Source: an uncultured Erysipelotrichaceae bacterium
GTDB taxonomy: Bacteria > Bacillota_I > Bacilli_A > RF39 > UBA660
Reading direction: 5' to 3'
Assembly: GCA_902780395.1 (NCBI GenBank)
Contig: CACZFH010000001.1
Span: forward strand, 13,762 to 77,761
DNA length: 64,000 nucleotides
In this document: one piece after another, positions 29,032 through 38,637 of the stretch
How the letters are laid out: the number at the start of each line of letters is the position of its first letter
Position numbering within the stretch: position 1 is the stretch's first letter
The notes under the pieces: generated by a model
What the model was told of the DNA's origin: nothing
Database searches by the model: none
What the model saw: the letters and a program-made list of their open reading frames with translations, nothing else
Translations under genes and position numbers: made by a program

Positions 29032-29598
29032 TTAACTATCAATATGAATTGTGATTAAATCCGTATTTTTTAACTTCCCAGTCTTCTTAAAACGTACATA
29101 ATAAAACGCTTCATCTTCTTCTTTTGCAGAAAGAGTTTCATTTTCCAAAATAGTTTCTTTTTGACTCTTCATTAGGTTCTCTTTCTCATCGTTTTTCATA
29201 AGAGTAATAACCGAATCTGTTGGGTTTTGAATAGTAATTTTATAAGAAATATCTTCTTCACTTACAATATCTTTCATATAATTAACTACTTTAAATGTAT
29301 ATTTATTTGCTTTTTTTAAATCTACTGCACTAATACTAAATTCAAAATCAGCATCTGCTTTATAAATAGGAATTACAATATTAGCCTTATTTTCACCTAT
29401 TTCATTTTTTCTTTTTTGATGTACTAATATCATTAAAAATATAACTATAATTAACAATATAATAAAGACAATACTCAAAAAAAGAGTTGAAGAAAAGAAT
29501 TCTTTTAGTCTATCCTTCCAAGTTTTCTCTTTTTGTTTTCCTTTTTTCTTCTTTTTCTTCTCTTTTTTTTCTTTCATCTTAGTAAACCTCACCATCAT
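29032..29598 (-). CDS. N-terminally membrane-anchored protein, paralog family copy 2 (Lys-rich cytoplasmic tail)
   Basis: TM helix LFLSIVFIILLIIVIFLMILV; motif ISYKITIQNPTDSVITL shared with copies 1 and 3. Confidence 0.55.
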   Translation of the reverse strand: MMVRFTKMKEKKEKKKKKKGKQKEKTWKDRLKEFFSSTLFLSIVFIILLIIVIFLMILVHQKRKNEIGENKANIVIPIYKADADFEFSISAVDLKKANKYTFKVVNYMKDIVSEEDISYKITIQNPTDSVITLMKNDEKENLMKSQKETILENETLSAKEEDEAFYYVRFKKTGKLKNTDLITIHIDS

Positions 29599-30031
29599 AG
29601 TTTTCCAATACTTCTCGACAACTTGCTTTAGATACTTCTTCTGTTTCTAAAATAGAAGTTTCTCCTTGAAAATACCGATAAGCTGAATCATCCTTAAATC
29701 CTCTTTCTTTAGCATCTTCCCTAGTAGCACCATAATAAACTTTTCCAATATGAGCCATTATCATAGCACCTATACACATAGGACAAGGTTCACAACTACT
29801 ATATAAAACATAATCACTTAAATCATGAGTATCTAGTATTCGACAAGCTTCTCTAATAGCCATAATCTCTGCGTGAGCAGTAACATCTTGAGTACTTAAA
29901 ACCATATTATGGGCTTTACAAATAATATTTCCATTCTTATCTGTGATAACCGCTCCAAAAGGTCCACCATCTTTTCCTTTAACTCCTAAAGAAGCTTCCA
30001 AAGCTGCTACTTCCAATAATGCATCATTCAT
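29579..30031 (-). CDS. guanine/nucleoside deaminase (CDA fold, GuaD/TadA-like)
   Basis: GGPFGAVI, TAHAE and CEPCPMC zinc-binding motifs; length and pattern close to B. subtilis GuaD. Confidence 0.8.
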   Translation of the reverse strand: MNDALLEVAALEASLGVKGKDGGPFGAVITDKNGNIICKAHNMVLSTQDVTAHAEIMAIREACRILDTHDLSDYVLYSSCEPCPMCIGAMIMAHIGKVYYGATREDAKERGFKDDSAYRYFQGETSILETEEVSKASCREVLENYDGEVY

Positions 30032-30032
30032 A

Positions 30033-31403
30033 CTATTTTTCCATCCTTTCTTTTATAGCTTTATATTTATTTTGAAACATATCCTTCTGTTCTTTCGTTA
30101 ATTTAGAGGCAAGAATACTATCTCCTACTGACTCTTCAATTTGTGCCTTGCTATCTAATTTTTGAGTATAAGAAACAGAACCATTTAACTTCGTTATTTT
30201 ATTCTCTAAATAACTAAAAGATAATAATTGAGTATTTACATATCTTTTTTTCTTAACAACATCTTCATATTTAGAAGAATAAACCACCTCATACTTCTTA
30301 TCTTTTTCTTCAAAAGAATAATTCATGGCTATATTATTACCATCTTTATCAAAACGAAAATTACCTAAATCTTCTCCCTTAGAATTTTTAATTTTAACAT
30401 CTATAGAATTATCTCTCCATTTAAAATGAGCTGAATAATATACTTGATCATTTAAAACATAATAACCATCTCCAGAAGTATCATCTCCTTCATAGATATA
30501 TACTTCCTTCTCATCACCCATCATATGAATAACCTCATATTTAACAGGTGCATATAAAAATCTTGTTGTATAGATATTCAAAATATAATATTCATTACTA
30601 GATAGAATCCTTGAATCATCTTTTAATAAATAATTTTTATAATTAGGAAAAATATTTTTAATCAGAAAAGAAGCTTCTTCATCTTTTTCAAAATCTAAAA
30701 TAATAGAATTCCATACTTTTCTAATTAGTTTATTAGTAAATTGTATAGATATTTGATGAACTTTTTCCTCTTTACCATGAATATTAGTATTAACTTCATA
30801 AGTTTTAAAATCTTCCTCTAATAAACTATTTTGTATTGCTTTAAATATATACTCATTCAAATATTGAAAATTATCATGATGAGTTTTTCCTTCACGAATA
30901 GTTTCAAAGTAATGACATGAGCCATTATTAACATATTGATTCAAAACATCTTCAACATAATAATAACCTGTTTCGTTAGCAACATACTCTTTCCTATGAT
31001 ATAGCTTTTCATTTCCCAATTTTTGCTCAAAATCTAGTAAAAGCTGTCTAGCCTTTCCATCATGTTTCATAACTAATTGAGTATTCAAATTACTAAGATT
31101 TTTAATTATATTATACTTTCTTAAAGCATCTATATCTACCATACTCTGATTTTTATAATACTCACTATCTAAATCAAAATCAATGGAGCTTTCTAAACTA
31201 AATTGATCTCCTACAAATATGTTTTGATTAGGAAATAAATAATTCCAACTCTTATTTTGAATTCTTTCTAGTACTTCCCCCACAATATAGCTAGGTTTTG
31301 ATAGATGCCTAAAATAAAAGCCTATATAGATTAATAAAATAGCAAAAAGAAAAATAAAAACAGCTAATATAATAGAAAGTTTTTTTTCTGTCACTACTAT
31401 CAC
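30033..31403 (-). CDS. membrane-anchored hypothetical protein
   Basis: N-terminal TM helix plus ~420 aa extracytoplasmic region rich in Y/N/K; no recognisable motif. Confidence 0.45.
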   Translation of the reverse strand: MIVVTEKKLSIILAVFIFLFAILLIYIGFYFRHLSKPSYIVGEVLERIQNKSWNYLFPNQNIFVGDQFSLESSIDFDLDSEYYKNQSMVDIDALRKYNIIKNLSNLNTQLVMKHDGKARQLLLDFEQKLGNEKLYHRKEYVANETGYYYVEDVLNQYVNNGSCHYFETIREGKTHHDNFQYLNEYIFKAIQNSLLEEDFKTYEVNTNIHGKEEKVHQISIQFTNKLIRKVWNSIILDFEKDEEASFLIKNIFPNYKNYLLKDDSRILSSNEYYILNIYTTRFLYAPVKYEVIHMMGDEKEVYIYEGDDTSGDGYYVLNDQVYYSAHFKWRDNSIDVKIKNSKGEDLGNFRFDKDGNNIAMNYSFEEKDKKYEVVYSSKYEDVVKKKRYVNTQLLSFSYLENKITKLNGSVSYTQKLDSKAQIEESVGDSILASKLTKEQKDMFQNKYKAIKERMEK

Positions 31404-31476
31404 ACCCTAACATAATTATTATAAAAAAAAAGAAACTATTTTGTCAATAAAACGAAAAAAAAGAACAGAACGTTCT

Positions 31477-32004
31477 TTATCTTGATTTTGTTAATAATCC
31501 TAACTTTAAAGGAACTATTTTCTTAACATTAGAAGTACTACTAGGATTATAATAAACAACTACTTTAAATTCGATATCATCACCAGCCGGAATTATTTTT
31601 CCTTTAACATCTGAAAGACTAATTGATACTGGCGATATTAACTTTTTATAATAATCCGTTTGATAATTTGGACTTGCCATAATATCTACAATTTCCGCTG
31701 GCATTGTTCCACTATTACGAATTGTCACTATATAACTTAACTCATCATAACTAGAATTTAATACAAAACTCATATCTAATTCTAAACCATTACTAGTAAT
31801 GTCAATATTTCCATAAGGTTCAATATCACTACCTCGAACAGATGATGATTTACGAACATCACTAAAAGAAACATTATAAGAAGATAACTTTTCTGTTTCT
31901 GCTTTATAGCGTACTGATAATACAATAAAACCAAAACCCATACAGATAATGGTTACACATAGCATGATTATCACACTATTTCGTATATGAATCATCTTTT
32001 TCAT
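31477..32004 (-). CDS. N-terminally membrane-anchored protein, paralog family copy 3
   Basis: TM helix VIIMLCVTIICMGFGFIVL; motif LSYIVTIRNSGTMPAEIV (Y-x-x-T-I-x-N-x-G) shared with copies 1 and 2. Confidence 0.55.
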   Translation of the reverse strand: MKKMIHIRNSVIIMLCVTIICMGFGFIVLSVRYKAETEKLSSYNVSFSDVRKSSSVRGSDIEPYGNIDITSNGLELDMSFVLNSSYDELSYIVTIRNSGTMPAEIVDIMASPNYQTDYYKKLISPVSISLSDVKGKIIPAGDDIEFKVVVYYNPSSTSNVKKIVPLKLGLLTKSR

Positions 32005-32019
32005 TTAACATACCCCATT

Positions 32020-34170
32020 TTACTCTATCACATATCGAGGAGATAATTGTAAAGTAATCTCCATACCATCACTAATAACTACTCCCTCACCAACAGACTG
32101 CGAAGTAACATAGCCAACTCCATCTAAATGAACAATTAGTCCCATTTTTTGCAATAAATCCTTAGCAACTTTTCCCGAAAGGCCAGCTACATTAGGAACC
32201 ACTAAATTAGTATCATTAGTAATTAAATAAATCGTATCTTGATTAGTAATAACATCTCCACTAACAGGACTTTGACGTACTACTTTATCACCATTCCCAA
32301 TTATAGTATACCTCATTCCTCTAGTTTCTAACAACAATTTACTTACATCTATTTTTTTATTTGTAAAGTTTGGCACCTCATAGCTATTAATTGTTATAGA
32401 AGATTGATTACTATCACTGTTACCATAATATTTAGAAATATTTTGAACAATCTCCTTAACAGCATTACTAACTGGTTTCTGACTACCCCCACTTGGTCTA
32501 GCCACCGATGCATAAATAATTATTTGTGGATTACTCTTTGGATAAATACCAGAGAAAGAAGAAATGATATCTTCCTTACCAGTTAAATAACCACCACCAT
32601 GTTCATTAGCTATTTGCGCCGTACCTGTTTTTCCTATTAATTCTCCCCCATCAATACGATAACCACTACCAGTATTTCCAATTCCATTAACACAATCATC
32701 CATTAATGAAAGCATCTTATGTACCGTGTTAGTAGAAGCAACTCTTTCTATTTCTTCTCTTTTATTTTCTAAAACAATCTCTCCTGTTTCAGAATCAACT
32801 ATTTTAGAAACAATATATGGTTTAAGAAGCATTCCATCATTTGTAAGAGGAGTCATGGCCTTTACATTTTGAACAGGTGTAGTCGTAATACCTTGTCCAA
32901 ATCCAGCATTATATATTTCTGTTTCATATTTAAATTCCAAATTACCTTTTGACTCATTAGGAAGTTCAATTCCTGTTCTTCGACCAAAACCTAATTTCTT
33001 AAAGTATTGACGAAGCATAACACTAGACATATGTCGATTAATTATATTAATAACTCCAACATTACTACTCATTGCATAACCTTTATCAAAAGAAATAATC
33101 CCCCAACCATTTCGGTTCCAGTCTCCAATTTCAGTTCCATCAGAAGTAACATACACTCCTGATTTATAGGTCTCATTACCATCATATACCCCATTTTCCA
33201 TAGCAGCCATATAAGTAAATGTTTTCATAGTACTTCCTGGTTCATATGGAGAAGACATAAACAAATTAAGATAATTTGTAATATTACGAGTATTAGGATC
33301 AAATGAAGGAGAAGAAGATGTACCTAAAACAGCCCCTGTCTTAGCATCCATAACAGTAATCGTAAACCAATTCCAATCATACTCTTTATCAGCATTATTA
33401 AGCGCTTGCTCCAAAAAGAATTGAATATTAGAATCAATCGTTAAATATATATCCTTTCCTTGCACTGCATCTTTTTGAATTACTGGAGTATTAGCAATCT
33501 TATAACCCTTTAAATCTTTCTGATAAGTAGTATAACCATCTTCACCCTTTAAAATTTCATTATATTGCCTCTCAATTCCCATTTCACCTTTCATAGTAGA
33601 ATCTTCTTCACTATTTTTTGTATACCCAATAGTATAAGAAGCAAAATTTCCTTTTGGATAGTACCTCTTAAAAGACTCTATAAAATCAAGTCCAGGTAAA
33701 TTTAAAGCATCAATCTGTGTTTTTATAAGCTCCGAAAGTCCTCTACCTTTAGCACCAAACTCTGTTTGATAAAGACCTTCTTTATTTAAATAATGAAGAA
33801 CTTCATCCTTTTCCATACCTAAAATAGGAGCTAATTTAGTAGCAGTATCTTCCTTATCAACAACATGCTGTGGACGTTTTTTATTTGTAGTACGAGAAGG
33901 ATCCAAATAAGCAATCAAAGTATAAGAAGAAACATTTTGAGCTAAAACATCACCATTTACAGAATAAATAGTTCCTCTTTTAGCTTCTTCTATATCCGTT
34001 TTAGTAGTTCTTTGACTAGCTAATTTTTTTAAATCAACACCATCAATTTCAGTCGATAATCCTAATTGAACTACTCTTCCAATCATTAGACAAAATAAAA
34101 GAAGAGAACCAAAAATAAACAATTTTGAATATTTAATTGTATTTTTTCTCTTCTTTTTCACGCATATCAC
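32020..34170 (-). CDS. class B penicillin-binding protein 2B (FtsI-like) with two C-terminal PASTA domains
   Basis: Transpeptidase motifs (STMK, SSN, KTGT) plus two PASTA repeats; follows ftsL in the mraZ-rsmH-ftsL block. Confidence 0.88.
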   Translation of the reverse strand: MICVKKKRKNTIKYSKLFIFGSLLLFCLMIGRVVQLGLSTEIDGVDLKKLASQRTTKTDIEEAKRGTIYSVNGDVLAQNVSSYTLIAYLDPSRTTNKKRPQHVVDKEDTATKLAPILGMEKDEVLHYLNKEGLYQTEFGAKGRGLSELIKTQIDALNLPGLDFIESFKRYYPKGNFASYTIGYTKNSEEDSTMKGEMGIERQYNEILKGEDGYTTYQKDLKGYKIANTPVIQKDAVQGKDIYLTIDSNIQFFLEQALNNADKEYDWNWFTITVMDAKTGAVLGTSSSPSFDPNTRNITNYLNLFMSSPYEPGSTMKTFTYMAAMENGVYDGNETYKSGVYVTSDGTEIGDWNRNGWGIISFDKGYAMSSNVGVINIINRHMSSVMLRQYFKKLGFGRRTGIELPNESKGNLEFKYETEIYNAGFGQGITTTPVQNVKAMTPLTNDGMLLKPYIVSKIVDSETGEIVLENKREEIERVASTNTVHKMLSLMDDCVNGIGNTGSGYRIDGGELIGKTGTAQIANEHGGGYLTGKEDIISSFSGIYPKSNPQIIIYASVARPSGGSQKPVSNAVKEIVQNISKYYGNSDSNQSSITINSYEVPNFTNKKIDVSKLLLETRGMRYTIIGNGDKVVRQSPVSGDVITNQDTIYLITNDTNLVVPNVAGLSGKVAKDLLQKMGLIVHLDGVGYVTSQSVGEGVVISDGMEITLQLSPRYVIE

Positions 34171-34173
34171 TTC

Positions 34174-34479
34174 CTAAGATTCGTTATCTTCAACAACAGA
34201 TTTTATATTATTATTATTATAACTCAAACCCTGCTCTTCCGCAACTGCTTGTATCTTAGTTAAAGATGCCAATTCATCAATAGTCATAGCAATAGACTCA
34301 TTAGTCTTTTTTTGCTTTTCTATTTCTCTTTTTTGTTTTTCTACTTCAAAATTTACCTCTGCTAAAGTAGCTTTGGAAAACACAATCGAAACAGGTGAAA
34401 TTACTAGCAAAAATATAGCTAATGAGTATAGTAATTTCTCAAATTTCGACATTTTTACCCTTTTTTTCACCTTTCTCAC
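34174..34479 (-). CDS. ftsL: cell division protein FtsL
   Basis: ~100 aa bitopic protein with a coiled-coil (EVEKQKREIEKQKK) between rsmH and the PBP gene; position conserved. Confidence 0.65.
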   Translation of the reverse strand: MRKVKKRVKMSKFEKLLYSLAIFLLVISPVSIVFSKATLAEVNFEVEKQKREIEKQKKTNESIAMTIDELASLTKIQAVAEEQGLSYNNNNIKSVVEDNES

Positions 34480-34492
34480 TTTTTTTCATCTC

Positions 34493-35425
34493 CTATTTAA
34501 TTCTTTCAATCACTCGAAGTTTAGAACTTCTTGCTCGCGGATTATGTTCTAACTCTTCTTCACTAGGAACAATTGCCTTTGAAACGACTAATTTAAAATC
34601 CGGTAAATATTCTTCCGGAACATTTGGTAAACCTTTTACCATTTCGTCAATCTGACAATATTCCTTAAAAGTTTTTTTTACAATTCTATCTTCTAATGAA
34701 TGAAATGTAATAACCGCAACTCTTCCACCAACTTTTAATAAAGAAAGTGCTTGCTCTAAAGCTGGCTCTATAACATCTAATTCATGATTTACTTCAATTC
34801 GTATAGCTTGAAATATCTGTCTAGCTGGATGTTTATCCACACGAAATTTCATTGGTACAGCTGTTTTAATAATATCTACTAATTCTAATGTTGTTTCAAT
34901 CTTTTTTGTTTGCCGATATTCGCATATCTTTTTAGCAATATTATTAGCAAATTTATCTTCACCATACTCTCGAAAAATACTAGCTAATTTTTCCTTTGAG
35001 TATTCATTAACAACTTGATAAGCAGATAATTTCTGCTCTCTATTCATTCTCATATCAAGTTTAGCATCAACATGATAAGAAAATCCTCTCTCCCCATCAT
35101 CTAATTGAGGAGAAGACACACCCAAATCAAATAAAACGCCATCTACTTGATGAACCCCAAGCTTATCCAATTCCTCTTTCATATGTACAAAATTACTATG
35201 AATGATAGTGAAGTTAGTACCGATCTTTGAAAGACGATCGGTACTATGCCGAATTGCTTCACTATCTTGGTCAAAGGCGAATAGATAACCCTTTTTTATT
35301 CGATCTAAGATGTCACTACTGTGTCCCCCATAGCCAAGGGTAGCGTCAACTATGATACTATTTTCTTTTAAATTTAGGGAGGAAATAGATTCTTTAAGCA
35401 ATACACTAATATGCTTTTCTATCAT
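34493..35425 (-). CDS. rsmH: 16S rRNA (cytosine1402-N4)-methyltransferase
   Basis: HISVLLKESI, DATLGYGGHS and FDLGVSSPQLD motifs of MraW/RsmH. Confidence 0.93.
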   Translation of the reverse strand: MIEKHISVLLKESISSLNLKENSIIVDATLGYGGHSSDILDRIKKGYLFAFDQDSEAIRHSTDRLSKIGTNFTIIHSNFVHMKEELDKLGVHQVDGVLFDLGVSSPQLDDGERGFSYHVDAKLDMRMNREQKLSAYQVVNEYSKEKLASIFREYGEDKFANNIAKKICEYRQTKKIETTLELVDIIKTAVPMKFRVDKHPARQIFQAIRIEVNHELDVIEPALEQALSLLKVGGRVAVITFHSLEDRIVKKTFKEYCQIDEMVKGLPNVPEEYLPDFKLVVSKAIVPSEEELEHNPRARSSKLRVIERIK

Positions 35426-35859
35426 AAGTCCACACTCTCGTTAAATAAATGATCGGCTATGTCAGACATACTGTCTTTTGTAGAATCAAAGAAAACATCC
35501 CAAGACTCTTGTGACCAGATTTCAAGTCTATCTCCAGTACCAATAATTACACAATCTTTGCTAAGCTTAGCATAATCAATTAATGGTTGAGAGACATTAA
35601 CTCTTCCCTGTTTATCCAATTCTACGTCTGTAGCACCTGATAAAAAGAAACGACTAAAAGTTCTCGCATCTTTTTTGGTGAAAGGTAAAGAAGTAAGTTT
35701 ATCAGTAATCTTTGCCCAGTTTTCTAAAGAATAGACAAAAAGGCAGTTTTCAATTCCTCTAGTAATAATAAATTGTTCTCCTAGAGAATCACGAAATTTT
35801 GCTGGAATAATAATTCTTCCCTTTTCATCAATCGTATGATGATATTCTCCTATAAACAT
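35422..35859 (-). CDS. mraZ: transcriptional regulator MraZ
   Basis: MFIGEYHHTIDEKGRIIIPAKFR signature. Start at 35859 with GGGGGAT RBS; the ORF-track start at 35892 is an extension. Confidence 0.9.
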   Translation of the reverse strand: MFIGEYHHTIDEKGRIIIPAKFRDSLGEQFIITRGIENCLFVYSLENWAKITDKLTSLPFTKKDARTFSRFFLSGATDVELDKQGRVNVSQPLIDYAKLSKDCVIIGTGDRLEIWSQESWDVFFDSTKDSMSDIADHLFNESVDL

Positions 35860-35988
35860 TTTTATCCCCCACTTTTCACCACTATCAACCACTACCTACT
35901 TCAATATTACTGAAAAGAGCTTTTTTTGTAAAGATAAAAAAAGAAAAAAAAAGAAGTTTTACAATTTATTTACATCTTTTTATTCCAC

Positions 35989-36019
35989 AAAAAAAAAGAA
36001 TGAAATCATTCTTTTTTTT
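35989..36019. terminator. bidirectional rho-independent terminator after thrS
   Basis: Hairpin AAAGAATGAAATCATTCTTT flanked by an A-tract and a T-tract. Confidence 0.6.
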
Positions 36020-37781
36020 AAACTCTTAAACTTCTATTTTTAATTTCTTGTTTAATCAATTCTACAAATTCTTCTTGAGAAACAGTTGTCGTATCTTTTT
36101 GTCCAAATAAACGATAACTTATTGTACGATTTTCTTTTTCTTGATCTCCCAATATAATTGTATATGGTATTTTTTTAGTTTGAGCTTCTCTCAAACGATA
36201 TCCTAGCTTCTCATTACGAACATCTAATTCTACCCGAATATCATTATTCAACAGCAAATCTCTAATCTCTTCTCCATATTCTTGATGAAATTCCGGATTA
36301 ACAGGAATAACTGATACTTGAACAGGCGATAGCCAAGTTGGAAAAACTCCTTTCGTCTCTTCAATCAAGAATGCCGTAAATCGATCAAAAGTACCAAAAA
36401 TAGCTCTATGAAGAACAACTGGAATTTGTTTTTCTCCATTAGAATCAATATAAGTTAGTTCAAAGCGACGAGGAAGTAAAAAATCTAACTGACAAGTTGA
36501 TAATGTTACTTCTGGTCCTACAGCTGGTTTAACCTCTACATCTAGTTTTGGTCCATAGAATGCCGCTTCCCCAATTGCTTCAAAGTATTCTACTCCTAAA
36601 CCATCTAACACTTCTCTTAATTTAGCTTCTGCTTCATCCCACATCTTATCATCATCAAAATATTTTTCCTTGTCTTCTGGATCTCTTAAAGATAAACGGA
36701 ATTTATAGTTTTTAATACCAAAATCTTGATAAACATCTAATATTAAGCGAACAACCTTTTGGAATTCTTCTCCGATTTGATCTGGTCTAACAAATAGGTG
36801 AGCATCATTCTGGCACATACAACGAACTCTCTCTAATCCTTTAACAGCTCCGCTAGCTTCATAACGAAAATCCGTGGCAAATTCACCAATACGAATTGGT
36901 AAATCACGATAAGAATGAAGCTTATTTCCATATATTAACATATGATGAGGACAATTCATTGGACGAAGAACAAATTCTTCCTCATCCACTTTCATCATTG
37001 GAAACATATTTTCTTTATAATGATCCCAGTGACCAGAAGTCTTATATAAATCTACTGTTCCTACACAAGGTGTATAAACATGTAAGTATCCTTGTTTTTG
37101 CTCTTTTTCATAAATATAGTTTTCTAATTGCTTACGAATTAAAGCTCCGTTTGGCAACCACATAGGCATTCCCGAACCAACTAATTCATGATTCATAAAA
37201 ATCTCTTGTTCTTTACCAATCTTACGATGATCTCTTTCTTTTGCTTCTGCTATTTCTTTTAAACAAGCATCCAAATCTTCTTGTGAATCAAAACAAACTC
37301 CATAAATTCTTTGAAGCATCTTATTTTTAGAGTCACCTTTCCAGTAAGCTCCTGAAAATTTTAGTAATTTAAAATACTTCAATTCTTTAGTTGTCTCAAC
37401 ATGAGGTCCACGACATAAATCCGTAAAATCTCCCTGACTGTAGCAAGAAATAACAGTATCATTTTCATCCATTCTAGATATTAAATCAATCTTATAAGGA
37501 TCATCTTTGAATTTTTCTAACGCTTCTTCTTTACTAAGTTCATGACGAATAATCTTCTTACCATCTTTAGCACACTTTTTCATTTCTTTTTCAATACGAG
37601 CTAAATCTTCTTCTTTAATAACATCATCACCTAAGTCAATGTCATAGTAAAACCCTTCTTCAATTGCAGGTCCTACCCAAAACTTAGCTTGTGGGTATAA
37701 GTGTTGTACTGCTTGTGCAAGTAAATGTGCACAAGAGTGATTTAACATTTCTAATCTTTCATTTTCTTTTATATTTATCAT
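36018..37781 (-). CDS. thrS: threonine--tRNA ligase (editing N2 + class II core + anticodon-binding; no TGS N1 domain)
   Basis: HSCAHLLAQAV editing motif and class II motifs (FRYE, GLERV, RLSLRDPE…); 587 aa. Confidence 0.95.
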   Translation of the reverse strand: MINIKENERLEMLNHSCAHLLAQAVQHLYPQAKFWVGPAIEEGFYYDIDLGDDVIKEEDLARIEKEMKKCAKDGKKIIRHELSKEEALEKFKDDPYKIDLISRMDENDTVISCYSQGDFTDLCRGPHVETTKELKYFKLLKFSGAYWKGDSKNKMLQRIYGVCFDSQEDLDACLKEIAEAKERDHRKIGKEQEIFMNHELVGSGMPMWLPNGALIRKQLENYIYEKEQKQGYLHVYTPCVGTVDLYKTSGHWDHYKENMFPMMKVDEEEFVLRPMNCPHHMLIYGNKLHSYRDLPIRIGEFATDFRYEASGAVKGLERVRCMCQNDAHLFVRPDQIGEEFQKVVRLILDVYQDFGIKNYKFRLSLRDPEDKEKYFDDDKMWDEAEAKLREVLDGLGVEYFEAIGEAAFYGPKLDVEVKPAVGPEVTLSTCQLDFLLPRRFELTYIDSNGEKQIPVVLHRAIFGTFDRFTAFLIEETKGVFPTWLSPVQVSVIPVNPEFHQEYGEEIRDLLLNNDIRVELDVRNEKLGYRLREAQTKKIPYTIILGDQEKENRTISYRLFGQKDTTTVSQEEFVELIKQEIKNRSLRV

Positions 37782-37783
37782 AT

Positions 37784-38389
37784 TTATCTCTCCTTAACCA
37801 TTAATAATACTTTTGAATTATGAACATTCTTTAAAAATTCTTCTTCTAAAGAAAAGTCCCCTATTATTTTTCCATAATGAATTGGTATTGCGAAACTAGG
37901 CTTAATATCATTAATATAACCACTAGCTTCTAAAACATCCATTGTATAAGTTCCCCCTATAGGAACAAAGCATACATCTGTTTTTACCTTATCTGCCTCA
38001 GGTGTTCGATTAGTATCTCCCATAATATAGTAATATAAACCATCTATTAATATATTATAACCAACATAACCAGCTTCTTTAGGATGATAACTAACCTTAG
38101 TATTATAAGCCGCAATAGTATCAAATTCTAAAGAATCAATCTTATAACTATTACCAGGTTCTACTACTAAATCATACCCTTTATCTTTTAAACAATCAGG
38201 TACAATAACTTTAGTAGTCTCTTTACTAACCTTAGAAATACTAATTTCATCATAATGATCATAATGATCATGAGTAATAAAAATGTAATCTGCATCATGC
38301 TTTTCTTCTTTAATGTCATATGGATCAATATAAATAACAACATCACTTTCTAATCTAATACTAGCATGATGAATAACTTCCATCTGCAT
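37784..38389 (-). CDS. MBL-fold metallo-hydrolase, first gene of the thrS operon
   Basis: HxHxDH-like ITHDHYDHYD motif. Start at 38389 (GAGGTGAT RBS); the ORF-track extension to 38446 reads through the T-box terminator hairpin. Confidence 0.7.
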   Translation of the reverse strand: MQMEVIHHASIRLESDVVIYIDPYDIKEEKHDADYIFITHDHYDHYDEISISKVSKETTKVIVPDCLKDKGYDLVVEPGNSYKIDSLEFDTIAAYNTKVSYHPKEAGYVGYNILIDGLYYYIMGDTNRTPEADKVKTDVCFVPIGGTYTMDVLEASGYINDIKPSFAIPIHYGKIIGDFSLEEEFLKNVHNSKVLLMVKER

Positions 38390-38401
38390 AAATATCACCT
38401 C

Positions 38402-38560
38402 ATAAACAAAAAAAGGATAGTACAGGAGTGCTAAGCACGGTACCATCCTTTGTTTTTCTTAATTTAATAACGGCATTACCGGAATTACTTTGCATAATTC
38501 TACTCGAAAGGTAGTAATAAATTAACTGTTTATTCTTTTTCCACCATCAAGAACTCTCTC
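38402..38560 (-). ncRNA. T-box riboswitch leader (threonine specifier likely) controlling the MBL-hydrolase-thrS operon
   Basis: Minus strand carries the T-box sequence AAAGGATGGTACCGTGC (consensus AANNNGGGUGGUACCGCG). It is followed by terminator hairpin GGATGGTACCGTGCTTAGCACTCCTGTACTATCC + U7. Stem I region has AGAGA and an ACC/ACU-containing loop (TACTACCTT). Confidence 0.75.
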
Positions 38561-38566
38561 TTAAAC

Positions 38567-38595
38567 TATTATTAACTTATCATGTCCTTTGTCAA
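38567..38595 (-). promoter_or_regulatory. sigma-A-type promoter for the T-box leader/thrS operon
   Basis: TTGACA (38595..38590), 17-nt spacer, ATAATA (38572..38567) on the minus strand. Confidence 0.5.
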
Positions 38596-38637
38596 TGTAT
38601 TTCAACAAAACTAATATATCACAAAACTATATCATTT

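Noticed and set aside
35893-36017. Possible small ORF or riboswitch between thrS and mraZ
   Set aside because: The region holds only a terminator hairpin plus an A/T-rich promoter space for mraZ. No conserved riboswitch core was recognisable.
38390-38446. ORF-track N-terminal extension of the MBL hydrolase (MVPCLALLYYPFFVYEVIF…)
   Set aside because: This stretch is the reverse reading of the T-box terminator hairpin and U-tract. The strong GAGGTGAT RBS precedes the ATG at 38389.
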